A stretch of 64,000 bases of DNA from Podarcis cretensis (Eukaryota), in the NCBI GenBank assembly GCA_951804945.1, contig OX638156.1, forward strand, positions 22,444,001 through 22,508,000, written 5' to 3'. This document shows positions 13,201 to 61,457 of this stretch, one piece after another (position 1 is the first letter of the stretch; the number at the start of each line of letters is the position of its first letter). The notes beneath the pieces are model-generated. The model was not told where the DNA came from. It saw only the letters and a list, made by a program, of their open reading frames with translations, and searched no databases. Both the position numbers and the translations under genes were made by a program.

Positions 13201-16200
13201 CCAGGTAGAGGTTTTAACTATTAGGCAATAATCCACTCTAATACCTCAGGATCAGGTAATTGAGTTGCTGTGCAGCCTGTCAAATGTAAGAGGCAACTGG
13301 CAAGAGGAGTTTCTGGTTTACACTGATCAATATCTGTTTTCTTCATGACTTTGAGCTTGCTTGGGGGACATACAAGCAGAGATCAGCATTCCCTGTACAG
13401 CGCCCCCCCCCCCCCATCATTATAACATTTTTGTCGTCTTTGTGCTTATGTGGCCCCTGATGCAAATAGTGGTTGCTATGACAGAGTTATTGGGGACTTG
13501 AAGAGAGTGCTTGTGCTGTCTTTTTCTGCAGGAGTCTGCTTGGGAATGCAGCTAGCAGTTGTGGAATTCGCCCGCAATATCCTGGGTTGGAAAGGTAAAT
13601 GCAATGATGTAAAAACACTTCATTGGGGATGGATTTATGGGTGCCAATACTTAAGATTGCTAATGACTGGTGTTTCTAGTGGATTGGTATAAATTACTAC
13701 CTGTGACATTTAAAATGACTAGCCTTAAAGGGGAACAGCACCCATTTTTCTTCACTCTGTCCTTGTAACTGTTTTCCAAGCCACAGACATCTGCTATGCA
13801 AACTGTTGTATTCAATTGAACTGATTGGAATAGGAGGCAGTATTTCCAGTGCATTCACTACTGATCTTAGAGTTTCACAGGATAATAGTTAAGATCTGTG
13901 TAGCTTGAGAGTGCTTTAGGGACATATTGTCTCCGTAATCCCTGAATCAAGTCTGCAGGATGGGTCACAGGTATTCATGATAGCATGACCAGTACAGCCC
14001 AACTCACATCATGAGCACCCTGAAAAGTATTCTTTAGCTGTGTGTTATGTTAATATTTCTGAGTTTTGTGCCTAGAGGCTCCTTTTTGAAAAAATAAGCT
14101 TTCTATGGTATGGGATGTGAGTAGTTAAAGGTTGGACTGTGAACCATAAGCCCATAGCTAAATTATGCTTTGGTCATGATCTCAAACCCTCACTTGCAGC
14201 CCTGCAATTTGGGGTTAATGCTGACCTATCCTGCAGACTTAGTGATTGATGGAAAATTGGGGTTTGCACTGCTAGCCATATCTGATCAACGTTTGTAATT
14301 GGCAGATGCCAACTCTACAGAATTTGACCCCAAAACTACACATCCAGTGGTAAGTATGATGTAATTTTTGAGCCTAGGGTGGTTTTACTTCTTGCACGCG
14401 AAGACCATTCAGCATTTTTCCATAGAGAACCAAAAATATGAAATACGTTGGCTGGCTTGCACAGAAATAAATGGCAAGAATAAACGGCTGGGGTGTGAAA
14501 CATACTCCCCTTATGGTCTTATGGAATGCAACCACAAATTGATGAATGGAGCATTGTGGCTATGGTGCATATCTGTTGCATTGTATAAGTCAAAACTTTC
14601 AAGGTTGTCTTCAATTGAGTTTTACTCAGAGTTGAACCATTGAAATTAATGGTCCTAATGTAACCATAATCATTAACTTTAGTAGGTCTACTCTGGGTAT
14701 GACAAGTTTTGGCCCATATGCCTGGAGAGAAAGCAAGACCTCTCTATCCATGTGGGGCATAATTTTCAAATATGTTACAATATGGCATGTCAAATTTGAT
14801 GCATCTAGGCCCAGGATGTAGGATCATTTACAGTTAACACCATATTTCTGCTTTTATGTTATTTTATTGATTTTTTAAAATTTATGGACATTTATAGCCC
14901 ACCTTTCCTTCAAGGAGCTCAAGGTGACGTACAGGGTTTTCTCTCTCCGTGTTTTATCCTCACAACGGCCTTGTGAGGAAGCTTAGGCTGAGAGACAGTG
15001 ACTCGCCCATGGTCCCCTTGAGCCTATGTGTCTGTTGCATCTCTCTTCTCCCTCCTCGCCCCTAGCCAACCTACAGAACTGAATGACTATCTGTTTTGTA
15101 TGGAAATTCCAGGCCGTTCCACTACAGAGCCCCATGACTCCTCTCTAAAGTAATCTCTTGGCTTGATTGAAATGTGATGAAACCAGTTTTCTACTTGTAG
15201 AACACAAATGATTAAGATTGATGTTTATGGCCTTTTGTTTATGCCAAGAGCTACCCTTTGATGTATGCTTATCTTCTAATTCCTTTTCAATCCCATTGTC
15301 CTCTTTTGAATTACTTTCCTCAGATCGTAGACATGCCGGAGCATAATCCTGGTCAAATGGGTGGGACTATGAGGCTTGGGAAGAGGAAGACAGTTTTTCA
15401 CACCAAGAACTCAGTCATGAGTATGGCTCTTCCTAGACCTATGTTATCTCTCCTCCTTTGTATTCCACTTTCCTTTTGCTTGTTGGTGAACAGTGATGGT
15501 ACAAATGCATGATCTATTGTGTTAAGTACTGGAAGATTTTGTGCTAAATGGCTCCCACTCCTGTTGTTATTTTAATTGATCAGTCTCCTTCCACGTATGT
15601 CCCTTGGCGATGCACACAACATATAATAAAAGCAGTTTCAAAACGGCACAAAAAATAACAGATGAGTTTAAAAGCAATACAAAATGGATAAATATGGCAG
15701 AGATGTGTTGATCCAGCTGGAAAGTTTCTTGGAACAAACTTTTCAGGAACAGAGACTTTTTCTCTCATTTCATACCAAAACTTTGTGGTGGTACAGGGAC
15801 TTAATGGTAGCAAGTTTAGTATAGACAAGAAATACTACTTCATACAATGCATATGTAAATTATAGAAGTCACTGCTAGAAGATGTGATGGCCAGTAGTTT
15901 TGATTTTAAAGGGGATTAGACAGCTCAGTCTGTGGCTGCTGACCGTGATGGTTAAATAGAACCAGGTCCAGAGATGATATGCCAGTTGCTGGGGAGTGAC
16001 AGGAGGAGACAATTGCCTTGATGTCATTATTGAAGTTCTTGGAGGCATCTGGTTGGCCACTGGGATGTAGCACGTTGGTTTAAATCAGGGGTTCCCAAAC
16101 GTTTTTCAAAGAGGGCCAGATTTGATGAAGTGAACATGCGTGAAGGCCGACCAAAGTTATTGAGCTTTTTTTAGGATTGAACTTGTTGAGCTTTTGTTAG

Positions 16201-18442
16201 GATTTGACCCCAATAAATATACTGCCACAGGGGCTGGATAAAAATGGCTGGGGGGCCAGTCAGGTCCCCAAAACAGACTTTGGACATGCCTAGGCTGGTC
16301 CAGCAAGTCTCTTCTTTATCTTCTTTGGTGGTCCAGTAGAATTTTGAAATTTATTCTTTGGAGGCGAAGGTGTGGTGTTAATGTGTTTAGCCAGTCTGTA
16401 ATAAGCACAGCCATATTTTCTCCATGGATAGGAAAACTGTATGGAGACGGTGACTATTTGGAAGAGAGGCACAGACACAGATACGAGGTATGCAGCAATA
16501 TTTATCAACCCCTGCCACCACATTGGCTTTTCTGAAGAGAAGTGATTGTATGACACCACTTTCCCTTCCACAGGTAAACCCAGAGTTGAAAAACACCTTT
16601 GAAGAAAACGGTCTGAAATTTGTGGGCCAGGATGTTGAAGGAGAGCGAATGGAGGTGGTTGAGCTGGAAGGTAAGAACTTGAATCAGTAGCTGGGAGACT
16701 GACACTGTTGTCTTAGGCAACAACAAATATGGAAAGAGGGACTCTTGCTTCCTTGGATGGGGATAATGAATGGCAAGTACCGCAGTAGTTAGTAGATGCA
16801 GCAGAGAGACGGATGATGGTAATCAGAAAAGCTTTATATTGCCTATGTACTTTGGCCTGGCCTTGCTGATTGAGAGGGCTTCAGATAGTAACCTAACAAA
16901 GTATGTTACCACCTTCTCTCCTAGAGCATCCATTTTTTGTCGGTGTTCAGTTTCATCCAGAGTTCCTCTCCAGACCTATAAAGCCATCTCCTCCTTACTT
17001 CGGCCTCCTCCTGGCTTCTGCAGGGAGGCTCACACATTATCTACAGAAAGGATGCAGACTCTCCCCCAGGTAAGTTCAGCTTGAGTGTCTTGGCTCGTGG
17101 TATAACTGCCGGCTTGGCAGTGTTTTCTGTTCAGCATGGTGCACCAATGAAAGGCTGTCTCCTATTTCTGTTAGGCATAAAAACCTTAAGGCTGTATTGT
17201 ATCTTCCTTCCTTGAACTTGGGCCTACAATATCAGTAATGCCTTTGTAGAATGAAAGTGTAGGGAGTTGTGCTTCTACTGTGGCTCATTAGTCTCTGGCT
17301 TAATCTCCCTCCTTAGGAAAATTGGTCTGCTTTTATCTTTTGTTGCAGCTGACATCAGTATACTGTTCGTTAAGTAGTGGAGAATACTGCTGACACATAT
17401 TTTGGGTATCAGTGTCCTAAATGCTCTTTGTCATGATTAAGGCCAGTCTTCTGGTATCATTCCACTTACAAAGAAATTGCTACCAAACAATCTCTCCCCG
17501 CTTTCCATCCCAGTGTAGTCTGGCACTATAGTACTGCCTGCCAAAGGCTTGTGGAGTTTTGCCAAACTCAGAATGACTCTTCACAAAATTGCACTCTCTA
17601 GGAGCTTTGTCTCGGAGAAGCTGCAAGGGGATGTGCACAAGGCTTACATTTTCTGTTCAACATAGCGAAGGAGGAAGTCCATTCATCTCCCCTGCATTTT
17701 GGTGTGTGTTCTAGAGATGTGGCAGTCTCCTGTATATTTCCTCTGGCAAAATGCATGCTCCCCTCCCCCCTTTGTACGCCGCACATGGTATCCTTTATTG
17801 CTAGTCTGCCCAGCACTTGAAGTTGCCCCTAGAATAAAAGGCTGCAAGAATCCTTAATGTCACCTGGTCAGTGCCTGCCCTCTGCACTAAGAAGGGCCAT
17901 GCCTTTTTAACCAATTGGGCTATTTTAAAGAACAATACAAGCCACAAATTGGATGTATAAGAATCCTCAAAGGCTGGAAAACAGGCCTGGTGTCAGCACC
18001 TGATATCCTAGAGCAGCTGTTGGGACTCTGGTGGCCCATCAAGGCCCACCAGCACTGATGTCTCTGCCCCCCCTTCCACCCCCAGTTAGGTGACTGGGGT
18101 CCGAAAGCCATATTTATTTCATTCTGTACCCTAGAGTGACACTAGGTCAGATGCTGTGGGGCACTGTGAGAAATTACAATGTTGCTGTTGTCACTGCCAG
18201 ATTTTCTGAGAAGGACCAGCTAGGCTACTTTGTGGAAGTCTGTCATAGGCTGTAGTTCCTGACTGGCTAGATAATTTAGATGAACTTGTATTTGTAACTA
18301 ATGTACCAGAGCCAGTGTGTAGAAGTGCTTATCTTTCTAATGGTCTGAATGTTACAGGGATACCTACAGCGACAGAAGCGGAAGTAGTTCACCAGACTCT
18401 GAGATCACAGAACTGAAATTCACTGCGGTGAATCATGAGTGA
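4107..18442 (+). CDS. CTPS1: CTP synthase 1, 591 aa, 17 coding exons
   Basis: join(4107-4272,4525-4695,5716-5816,6914-7030,8187-8270,8506-8586,8905-9056,9918-10050,11304-11392,13075-13169,13532-13594,14306-14349,15324-15420,16432-16487,16574-16670,16925-17069,18358-18442)=1776 nt; all introns GT-AG and in frame; [18 protein letters not shown]-terminus, GATase triad C399/H526/E528, I250 and tail [22 protein letters not shown] indicate CTPS1 rather than CTPS2. Confidence 0.98.
4525..4695 (+). CDS. CTPS1: CTPS1 coding exon 2 (EVFVLDDGG...KTVQ)
   Basis: TTAG| ... |GTAGG, 171 nt. Confidence 0.97.
5254..5398. mobile_element. Tc1/mariner-superfamily (Tc2-like) MITE, 145 bp
   Basis: Perfect TIR CCATATTTAC/GTAAATATGG flanked by TA on both sides. 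Confidence 0.75.
5716..5816 (+). CDS. CTPS1: CTPS1 coding exon 3 ([11 protein letters not shown]...VCVIE)
   Basis: GCAG| ... |GTTGG, 101 nt. Confidence 0.96.
6914..7030 (+). CDS. CTPS1: CTPS1 coding exon 4 ([10 protein letters not shown]...SLVPQ)
   Basis: TTAG| ... |GTAAG, 117 nt. Confidence 0.97.
7590..7711 (+). mobile_element. 5'-truncated Sauria SINE with 10-bp TSD
   Basis: Matches the 3' half of the 37249-37600 copy; (ACCTTT)n tail; TAAGAAATCA at 7583-7592 and 7712-7721. Confidence 0.85.
8187..8270 (+). CDS. CTPS1: CTPS1 coding exon 5 ([13 protein letters not shown]...SPDL)
   Basis: CTAG| ... |GTAAG, 84 nt. Confidence 0.96.
8506..8586 (+). CDS. CTPS1: CTPS1 coding exon 6 (IVCRCS...VEPEQ)
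   Basis: CTAG| ... |GTAAA, 81 nt. Confidence 0.96.
8642..8738. mobile_element. Minimal Tigger/pogo-like MITE, 97 bp
   Basis: TA|CAGTCATACCTCCG ... CGGAGGTACCACTG|TA; TIR 12/14, related to the 29283 element ends. Confidence 0.72.
8905..9056 (+). CDS. CTPS1: CTPS1 coding exon 7 ([11 protein letters not shown]...EMADR)
   Basis: ACAG| ... |GTGAG, 152 nt. Confidence 0.97.
9341..9465 (-). mobile_element. CR1-type 3' end fragment
   Basis: TAGAATCATAGAGCTGGAAGG...GGTCATCTTGTCCAAC is the reverse complement of the CR1 tail also seen at 12941-13013. Confidence 0.7.
9918..10050 (+). CDS. CTPS1: CTPS1 coding exon 8 (YDRLLETC...KLEIK)
   Basis: ACAG| ... |GTATG, 133 nt. Confidence 0.97.
11304..11392 (+). 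CDS. CTPS1: CTPS1 coding exon 9 (YIDSADLE...[11 protein letters not shown])
   Basis: CTAG| ... |GTAAG, 89 nt; contains the filament-interface His355. Confidence 0.96.
11829..11969 (+). mobile_element. tRNA-Lys(CTT)-derived SINE with CR1-type tail
   Basis: TAGCTCATTTGGTAGAGCATGAGACTCTTAATCTCCGGGTTGTGGGTTC tRNA-Lys-like head with degenerate A/B boxes, then GGTTGGACTAGATGATCCTC..TTCAACTCTATAATTCT CR1 tail. Confidence 0.8.
12941..13013 (+). mobile_element. CR1-type 3' tail
   Basis: GGGGTTGGACTAGATG..CCCTTCCAAC followed by (ATTCTATG)2 CR1 octamer repeats. Confidence 0.8.
13075..13169 (+). CDS. CTPS1: CTPS1 coding exon 10 ([12 protein letters not shown]...KPFL)
   Basis: GCAG| ... |GTGAG, 95 nt. 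Confidence 0.97.
13532..13594 (+). CDS. CTPS1: CTPS1 coding exon 11 (GVCLGMQ, catalytic Cys399)
   Basis: GCAG| ... |GTAAA, 63 nt. Confidence 0.97.
14306..14349 (+). CDS. CTPS1: CTPS1 coding exon 12 ([14 protein letters not shown])
   Basis: GCAG| ... |GTAAG, 44 nt. Confidence 0.95.
14888..15020 (-). mobile_element. Squamate tRNA-derived SINE fragment (Squam3-like)
   Basis: TTTTATCCTCACAAC..GTGAGG..TAGGCTGAGAGACAGTGACT is the reverse complement of the 57815-57980 element. Confidence 0.6.
15324..15420 (+). CDS. CTPS1: CTPS1 coding exon 13 ([19 protein letters not shown]...)
   Basis: TCAG| ... |GTATG, 97 nt. Confidence 0.96.
15800..16075 (+). mobile_element. Degraded CR1 LINE 3' fragment
   Basis: AGACAAGAAATACTACTTCATACAA..GATGTGATGGCC..TTTAAAGGGGATTAGACA, similar to 39760-39890. 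Confidence 0.6.
16086..16292. mobile_element. hAT-type non-autonomous element
   Basis: CAGGGGTTCCCAAAC start and CTTTGGACATGCCT end (degenerate TIR), internal GGGCCAGAT motif. Confidence 0.6.
16432..16487 (+). CDS. CTPS1: CTPS1 coding exon 14 (KLYG...ERHRHRYE)
   Basis: ATAG| ... |GTATG, 56 nt. Confidence 0.96.
16574..16670 (+). CDS. CTPS1: CTPS1 coding exon 15 (VNPELK...VELE)
   Basis: ACAG| ... |GTAAG, 97 nt. Confidence 0.96.
16925..17069 (+). CDS. CTPS1: CTPS1 coding exon 16 ([13 protein letters not shown]...RLSPR)
   Basis: CTAG| ... |GTAAG, 145 nt; His526/Glu528. Confidence 0.97.
18358..18442 (+). CDS. CTPS1: CTPS1 last coding exon ([27 protein letters not shown])
   Basis: ACAG| acceptor, TGA 18440-18442; Ser571/574/575 phospho-cluster. 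Confidence 0.95.
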
Positions 18443-19292
18443 TTGCTGGTAATGCTGTCCTTTCATGATCTGAACTTTCAAATTATCTTTCTTTCATCTC
18501 TCCCAGTTGTGAATTTGGGCCAAATCTCTGGGCGTTTCTTAACCATGGGGAAAAAATTGTCTGGTCTTAGTGCTTTCAGATTGGGAGGCATCTCAATCAT
18601 CTCAAAGCATAGTGCACAAATACAGGCAAAGCTAAATATACCATGAGATCTACATGTTGAACCTGGCTAGTGTGCCTTGGTAGCAGTGACATTTCCATGT
18701 ACATTGCCTTGGGTCCTTTTGTGGAAAGGAAAAGCAGTGTGGTGTAGTGGTTAAAGTGCCAGACTAAAGAGACAAGGATTCAAATCCAGTTTGCCATGAA
18801 GTTCTCTGGGTGATGTCAATCACTACCTCTCAGTGACTAACCTGTTCTGTAAAGATGTGTCAGGGGAGAAATCGGCATTTTATGCTACTAAAAGAAAGCT
18901 AGCATGTAAATTGGGCCACATTCCCTTCTGAGTAACTGTTTGGGGGCCATGTCAGTGGTGGGTGGTGTCAGAAGGAAACATACATTTGACTAGTTAGCAC
19001 TTATACACACACACAGAGTATCCTCCATTCAGACAAGAGGCAATCAGAGTTCAGGAGTTTCCAGCCAGGCAAAAATACTCGAGAAAGTATGGAGCATGAG
19101 CAGTGAAAGGGGTAGCTAAGGATGGTGTGTGGCTTGGGGAGACTCCCAAGGGCCAGATGGGAGAGACTTGGGTGGTTTCTGGGCCTGAGGTTTCTCACCT
19201 GTGATGTAAATATACTAAAACAAATGCATTTCTTTTATTTTTAAAAAAAATCCTTTTGTCTCTTTTATCTACCCTCCTCCCCACCATTCCAG

Positions 19293-20285
19293 ATATGCCT
19301 AATATTCAGAAGATCCTTCATTCCTTTGATGCAATAGTTGAACTGCTGGAGTCTCTTAAATCACGTCACGTTAATTGTTTTTTGAAAAATCATGGCACAC
19401 TTCTTTTGTTCATTTAAACTTATTTTGTATTCTGAGAAGCTGACACAGTGGTGCTCACCTGTGCGTGATGGTGAGCTTAAAAACAAGAACTTCAGAAACA
19501 GAGCAAAGAGGTGGACAAATTCTGGATTTCTGAAGAGCCTTGATACACCAGTGTTGGTCAGTGTTGCCAAGGAGAATATGTGTCTAGGCTTTATGTTCAC
19601 TTCCATTCTGGTTGGTTTAAATTACAGTATTTACTCTCTTGGTGGATTGTGGGAAGAGAGGTGCCACAAAGAGGGAATAACTTGACACATATTGAGAAGC
19701 AAAGTGGTGAGATTTGGTGCCACCACTGAACCTTTGTTCCAGGAGATTCCTCTTCCTGCTGGTCAAATCTTAGGGTATTTGGTTAATTCTAATCCTATAC
19801 AAGTTGTATTATGCTGCAGTGATATAATTAAAATAGAGTATAACACCACACCCCTTTTAGAAGCTTGTGATGGGCAGTTTTTGTTTTTGTCCTGCTTCCT
19901 GGACTGCCATAACTCCTTGCATCAAGGGGGCCATGTGTACAAGAGAGTGACTTTTCAGAAGCTGCCTTTGCAACTCTCATTGAGAGACTTGCCTTGGACT
20001 AAAAAGTCCGAGGCCCCACACTGCTGGGAACTTGTCATGTGACACATATGCAATATGTGGCCTGTGCTCAGCAATATATTTACTCCATCCCAAAGAAGAG
20101 GAAAAGGGCGACGCTAGGCTTCTGCAAAAGGCGGGAGCTGCATGAAACAAGTGTTTGTAATCTCCCCTTTTCCAGTGTAGGTTGTAAACTGCCTTTCCAA
20201 CAAGCTACGAGAAACTCTGTTACTAAAAAAATGTACCGCATATCTAAACACTTCTGAGTTTAATAAAACTTGGGGAACACAATCT
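19293..20285 (+). other. CTPS1: CTPS1 terminal 3'UTR exon, polyA signal AATAAA 20262-20267
   Basis: Long pyrimidine tract then CCAG| at 19292; donor CTG|GTAATG at 18448/9; AATAAA followed by GT-rich TGTGTGTCTGTT. Confidence 0.65.
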
Positions 20286-20733
20286 GTGTGTCTGTTCTGA
20301 TTATCTATCAAACTTGAGGACTCATTTTACACTCGCCCCCCTTCACCATCTTGCTGTAAGATGGTGTCTACTTCATACCTGTTTCTCCTTCCTGCTAATG
20401 GGTTATGTCAGCAACTTCCTGGATAAGTAGTTGAAGAAAAATGCTGTTTTGGAAAGCAAGGGGTAATTATCTATAGAGATTGCTAATACACAAATTTTCC
20501 CTCCCACTATTTCATAGCTTTACCACCATGTATGGCATTTTTCCATAGGAAGCAAAATCCAGTGGTGCCATTCAGAGTTAAAATGTTAATGTGCAGTCTT
20601 GATGCCGAAGGAGAATAATGCTCTCCAGTACCCTTGAAGAAGGTACTCAACTTAGGAATAAGACCCAGTCATGGCTCCAGAATTCTTCCTGCGAACCACC
20701 TACAAATACAAGAAACCTGTTAGACGCAAGCTC

Positions 20734-20739
20734 TTTATT
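20734..20739 (-). terminator. SLFNL1 polyadenylation signal AATAAA
   Basis: TTTATT on + strand ~60 nt downstream of the stop codon. Confidence 0.6.
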
Positions 20740-20800
20740 GGACTACATTTCCTTTGTGTGCAGGTTTTGTAACTAGTTGGCTTGTGGTGGTGTTTAGGTG

Positions 20801-23668
<2,868 letters not shown>

Positions 23669-25906
23669 TTGCAGACCTAAAAAATGGTCTGAAAAATTCT
23701 AGAAGCAGGATTGGTGGTAGTTGCTCTTATCCCTCATTGGGGTATATGCTGGCTGGTGTACAGGAGGCCAGACTGCCTTGCTAATTCTATGCTGAACTTA
23801 CTCTCATTACTTAGCACATGACTGATGTATGGTCACTAGTTTCTGGCTTGTTTCTGTGGTCGATGAAGAAACAGGGAGCTACAGGAACTGTGGTGGAAAA
23901 GGCCTTGGCATGGTTTCAAAGCCTACAGGGGAAAAGAACCCACAATAAACTTGAATTTTGCTTCTAGCAGTCACTATGTCATCTGGAGGCAAGGATTGCA
24001 ATCTACCAGTAGGCGGTTGCTTTTCCTTGGCCCTCTCTTTTATATAGAGTAGGTCAATGAGACTTAAGAACATAATTGCCTTGCTCGGTTCAACCCAAGG
24101 TTCATATATCCCAGCACTCTAATTCCAAAAGTGGCCAGAAGATGCACTTAGAAGCTCACAAGAGCAGGTGCCATTATTAATCTTCAGCATGTGGTCCCTG
24201 GCTGCATGCTGCTCCTGTACCAAGAGGTTTTATTTACCTACAGTGGCTAATATTCATGGAGACAAGGTCTGTGCCCATCAATGGCTAATCCTTTTGAAAT
24301 CGCCACCCCAGCAAGTGGCCATTACAGTATCTTTCAGTATAAATGATGTTGAGAATTATCCCTACTGATTGCAAATTAGCCTGATTGGATACTAAGTTCT
24401 AGCAATGTATGAGAGGCAGAACATTCTATCCATTTATAAACGTCTGCCAGAGTTAATTTTTTGCCCAAGGATAACTTCTGTTTCCCTACCCTCTGCAGCA
24501 TCCTCAAAAATCAAGTTACCATGGAAGGTGGTGGTGCTCATGCTGGACTGAACAGATTTTTGTTGTTGTTCAGAAGCCCTGCTGCTTCCAGGTAGGCCCT
24601 TCTTTGGCCTGTCCCCTCTGAGTCTCTTTAATAGAGCTTAAATTGTGAGGTCATAGATGCCCTTGCTACTTACAGTTCTAACCTGTTGGATCCCACAATG
24701 AAGGAGGAGGCCTATGCTTCCTGTGGACAAGCAGTACTTGCTCACCTAAAGGAAGATGGACACAACTGCTTCCAATTTGAAGCTTAAATACCACAGCAAG
24801 GTTTCAAGATACCAGCAATAGGAAGGCATTAGAATTGCAGGGAGCAAATGCCTGGACTGCAGCAACTGAGTGTGTGTCAGTGGTAGGGAACCCAAGTCTT
24901 AGGGGTTAAATGCAGCACTCCAGTCTGTTCCCACTGGTCCTTGACACTCTCCCCAGGTCACACCTTTTCATGATCCATGGCCTCCTTGAGTGTTTTTGCC
25001 CAGCTGGAATGTGTCACTGAAGAGTGATATGCTTTTGGTTTTAACTGGATTGAAAATTGAACAGTGCATGTGCAGAAATCTCCTTTCGAGTTTTGCATGG
25101 CTGGAAAGCTGCCTACCATACATACAAAAGGTACCCTAACCCTTACCTGTGTATGCATTTCAGTTGTGCTAGATCATATTTAAATGCATTTAACGTGTAA
25201 ATGGAAGATTCTCTTGTAGGGAATGAGAAAAACAGGGTTGCAAGTGCAAAACTTGGTAGTGGTCTCTACTGCCTCCATCTCAGACTCTGTTGTTAAGGGC
25301 GTGGGGATGGAATGATGTTTCTCTCAGCTTTTCCTGATAAGCCTAGAGACCCAGTACTGATTTAGGATGGATGAATCCCTGGCCCCACTCTTTTGCAGTG
25401 TCTTAAGTTGTTCATGTAATCAATCAGCGGAGAATCACAGCACAGCTCCACCTATCCTATTTCCCCCCACTCTTTTATTTATAAACAAAATCAACAGAAT
25501 AAGTGCAGAAAAGAATATTGGCAGCCCCTTGCCCCCCGTTACCTGCAGCAGGCAGTGCTCACAGAAATGGTATTCTGCAGCCAGGCAGTGATGGCAGACA
25601 GAGGTAACCACCCCCCTCCCACCAAAGAGAGCTACACCAGACAACCCAAAACATCGGCCGAGTCACACTAATACCCCATTGCACTGCAGTGAGCTCTGGC
25701 TCCTTCCTAGAAGTGGCTTATTGCCTATGAATTTTCATTGCTTGGGGTTTGTTTGTTTTTTGCATTATCAATTTAGGCTGTCTCTAATCTCTCTGGGCTA
25801 GTCTGAAATCACTCTTCCGCAAGAGCCTGGCATCCACTGAAGGGTAGCAAGTTAGGAAGAGAGAAGTGCCTACAAGGAGATGCACCTTAAAGCTGCCCTT
25901 CCTCAC

Positions 25907-25912
25907 TTTATT
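25907..25912 (-). terminator. SCMH1 polyadenylation signal AATAAA (3'UTR ~27343-25885)
   Basis: First canonical AATAAA I find on the - strand after the SCMH1 stop; follows U-rich UTR sequence. Confidence 0.55.
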
Positions 25913-26135
25913 AGTGTAGGGCAGGAAACAGCCAAGCACAACTGAATCTCAAGGTCCATTTGTCCTCATCCCAAAGGGTAAGTTGCTAAGGCTACTCTCC
26001 AGAAAGTGGAGGAAAGGAAACACACACACTACTTTGCTTTCTCAAAGCAAAGGAGGTTTCAGTCTAGGACCCGGAGAGGGGCAGAGCTTTGGGGCACCAG
26101 CTTAACCACCTTCTTTTCCCATTCTCATTGGCCAG

Positions 26136-26139
<4 letters not shown>

Positions 26140-26168
<29 letters not shown>
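26140..26168. repeat. A29 homopolymer (U-tract in the SCMH1 3'UTR)
   Basis: Direct reading. Confidence 0.9.
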
Positions 26169-27343
26169 GCCCTCTACTATGAGACAACGCAGGCCACTGC
26201 CCAAGTGCCATAAAAAATAAATACATTAAAACATTTTCCAGAATACATACAAACAAAACAATTCATGTTCCCAATTTGAGTTTGGGAAGGACAAACCATC
26301 TAAATATACCTGTTTCCCATCCATCTGCTATCCCACACACTTGGTCAGGTAGCTACAACTGAACAGCTCTGACAGACTGGAGGGGTAATTTGAACGGTAC
26401 CGTTGTAGAATAAGAAACATTTGATTCCTCAGGAAAAAGGTTAAAACAGTTGCTATTCCCATAGCAAGTAGAAAAAACATTTCAGGATCGGGGGGGGGGG
26501 AGAGCTTGAGTTGTTCAGCTGTGTGCCCTGCGACACTAGGATAAGGGAACCTACGTTTTCCTCCCTCTCCATTCTTCCCAGCTCACTTAGAGAGCTACAT
26601 GGCGATATCAACACAGATCCACTGCTGTGCCCTACCATAATCACCTTCTCCTCCTTGTTCCAAATAAATATTAGAGCTTTCTGCCCACATGCCAGCAACT
26701 CAGTAAAACGGCTAGCTTGAGACTTCCATGGAGGAAAAGGCTGTAACAGCACCAAGTGAAGAGATGGTAGAGTGGCATGTCCTCTGCCTTACCCACCCAC
26801 CCCTGCCACCCAAGGGAGTAAACAATCTGGTTAGCAGCAGCTGCTTGTCATATGCCAGAGCTGGATTCTCGCAGTCAATCTGTCCTGTATGGCACAGAAA
26901 AAGGGAACACCGCCTGGCACTGCCAACTTTCGAGTCCAAACCGCACTCTTCATAAGGCATGAAGGGGATTCTTGAGGAGGGCAGCAAAAGAAGGCAGGGC
27001 ATCTGAAAAGTAAGAAGGGCCAAAACAACCATATCCAACATGAGTGTGGCTCTGCCAGAGTGCCACACACACACACACACACACAGGGAGAAGCATATTC
27101 TTCCTTACAAGTTGGACTGCGGTCCCAAAACGCCTTCAGCAGAAAATAGAGGAAGCATTCATCCCTTTGTACCAACAAGCCAAGTCTCATTTGATTGATA
27201 GGGGTGCCCAGGGTCTTCCTCCAGGAAACCACCTCCTGTCTGCTGGCGAGATGTGTCGGGCAAGGAATGTAGGCACGCATACCTGCCTGCGTGGGGAGTT
27301 GAGAGCGCCACTTTGGCCATGACTGCACCAGGAGGATTCTTTT

Positions 27344-61457
<34,114 letters not shown>

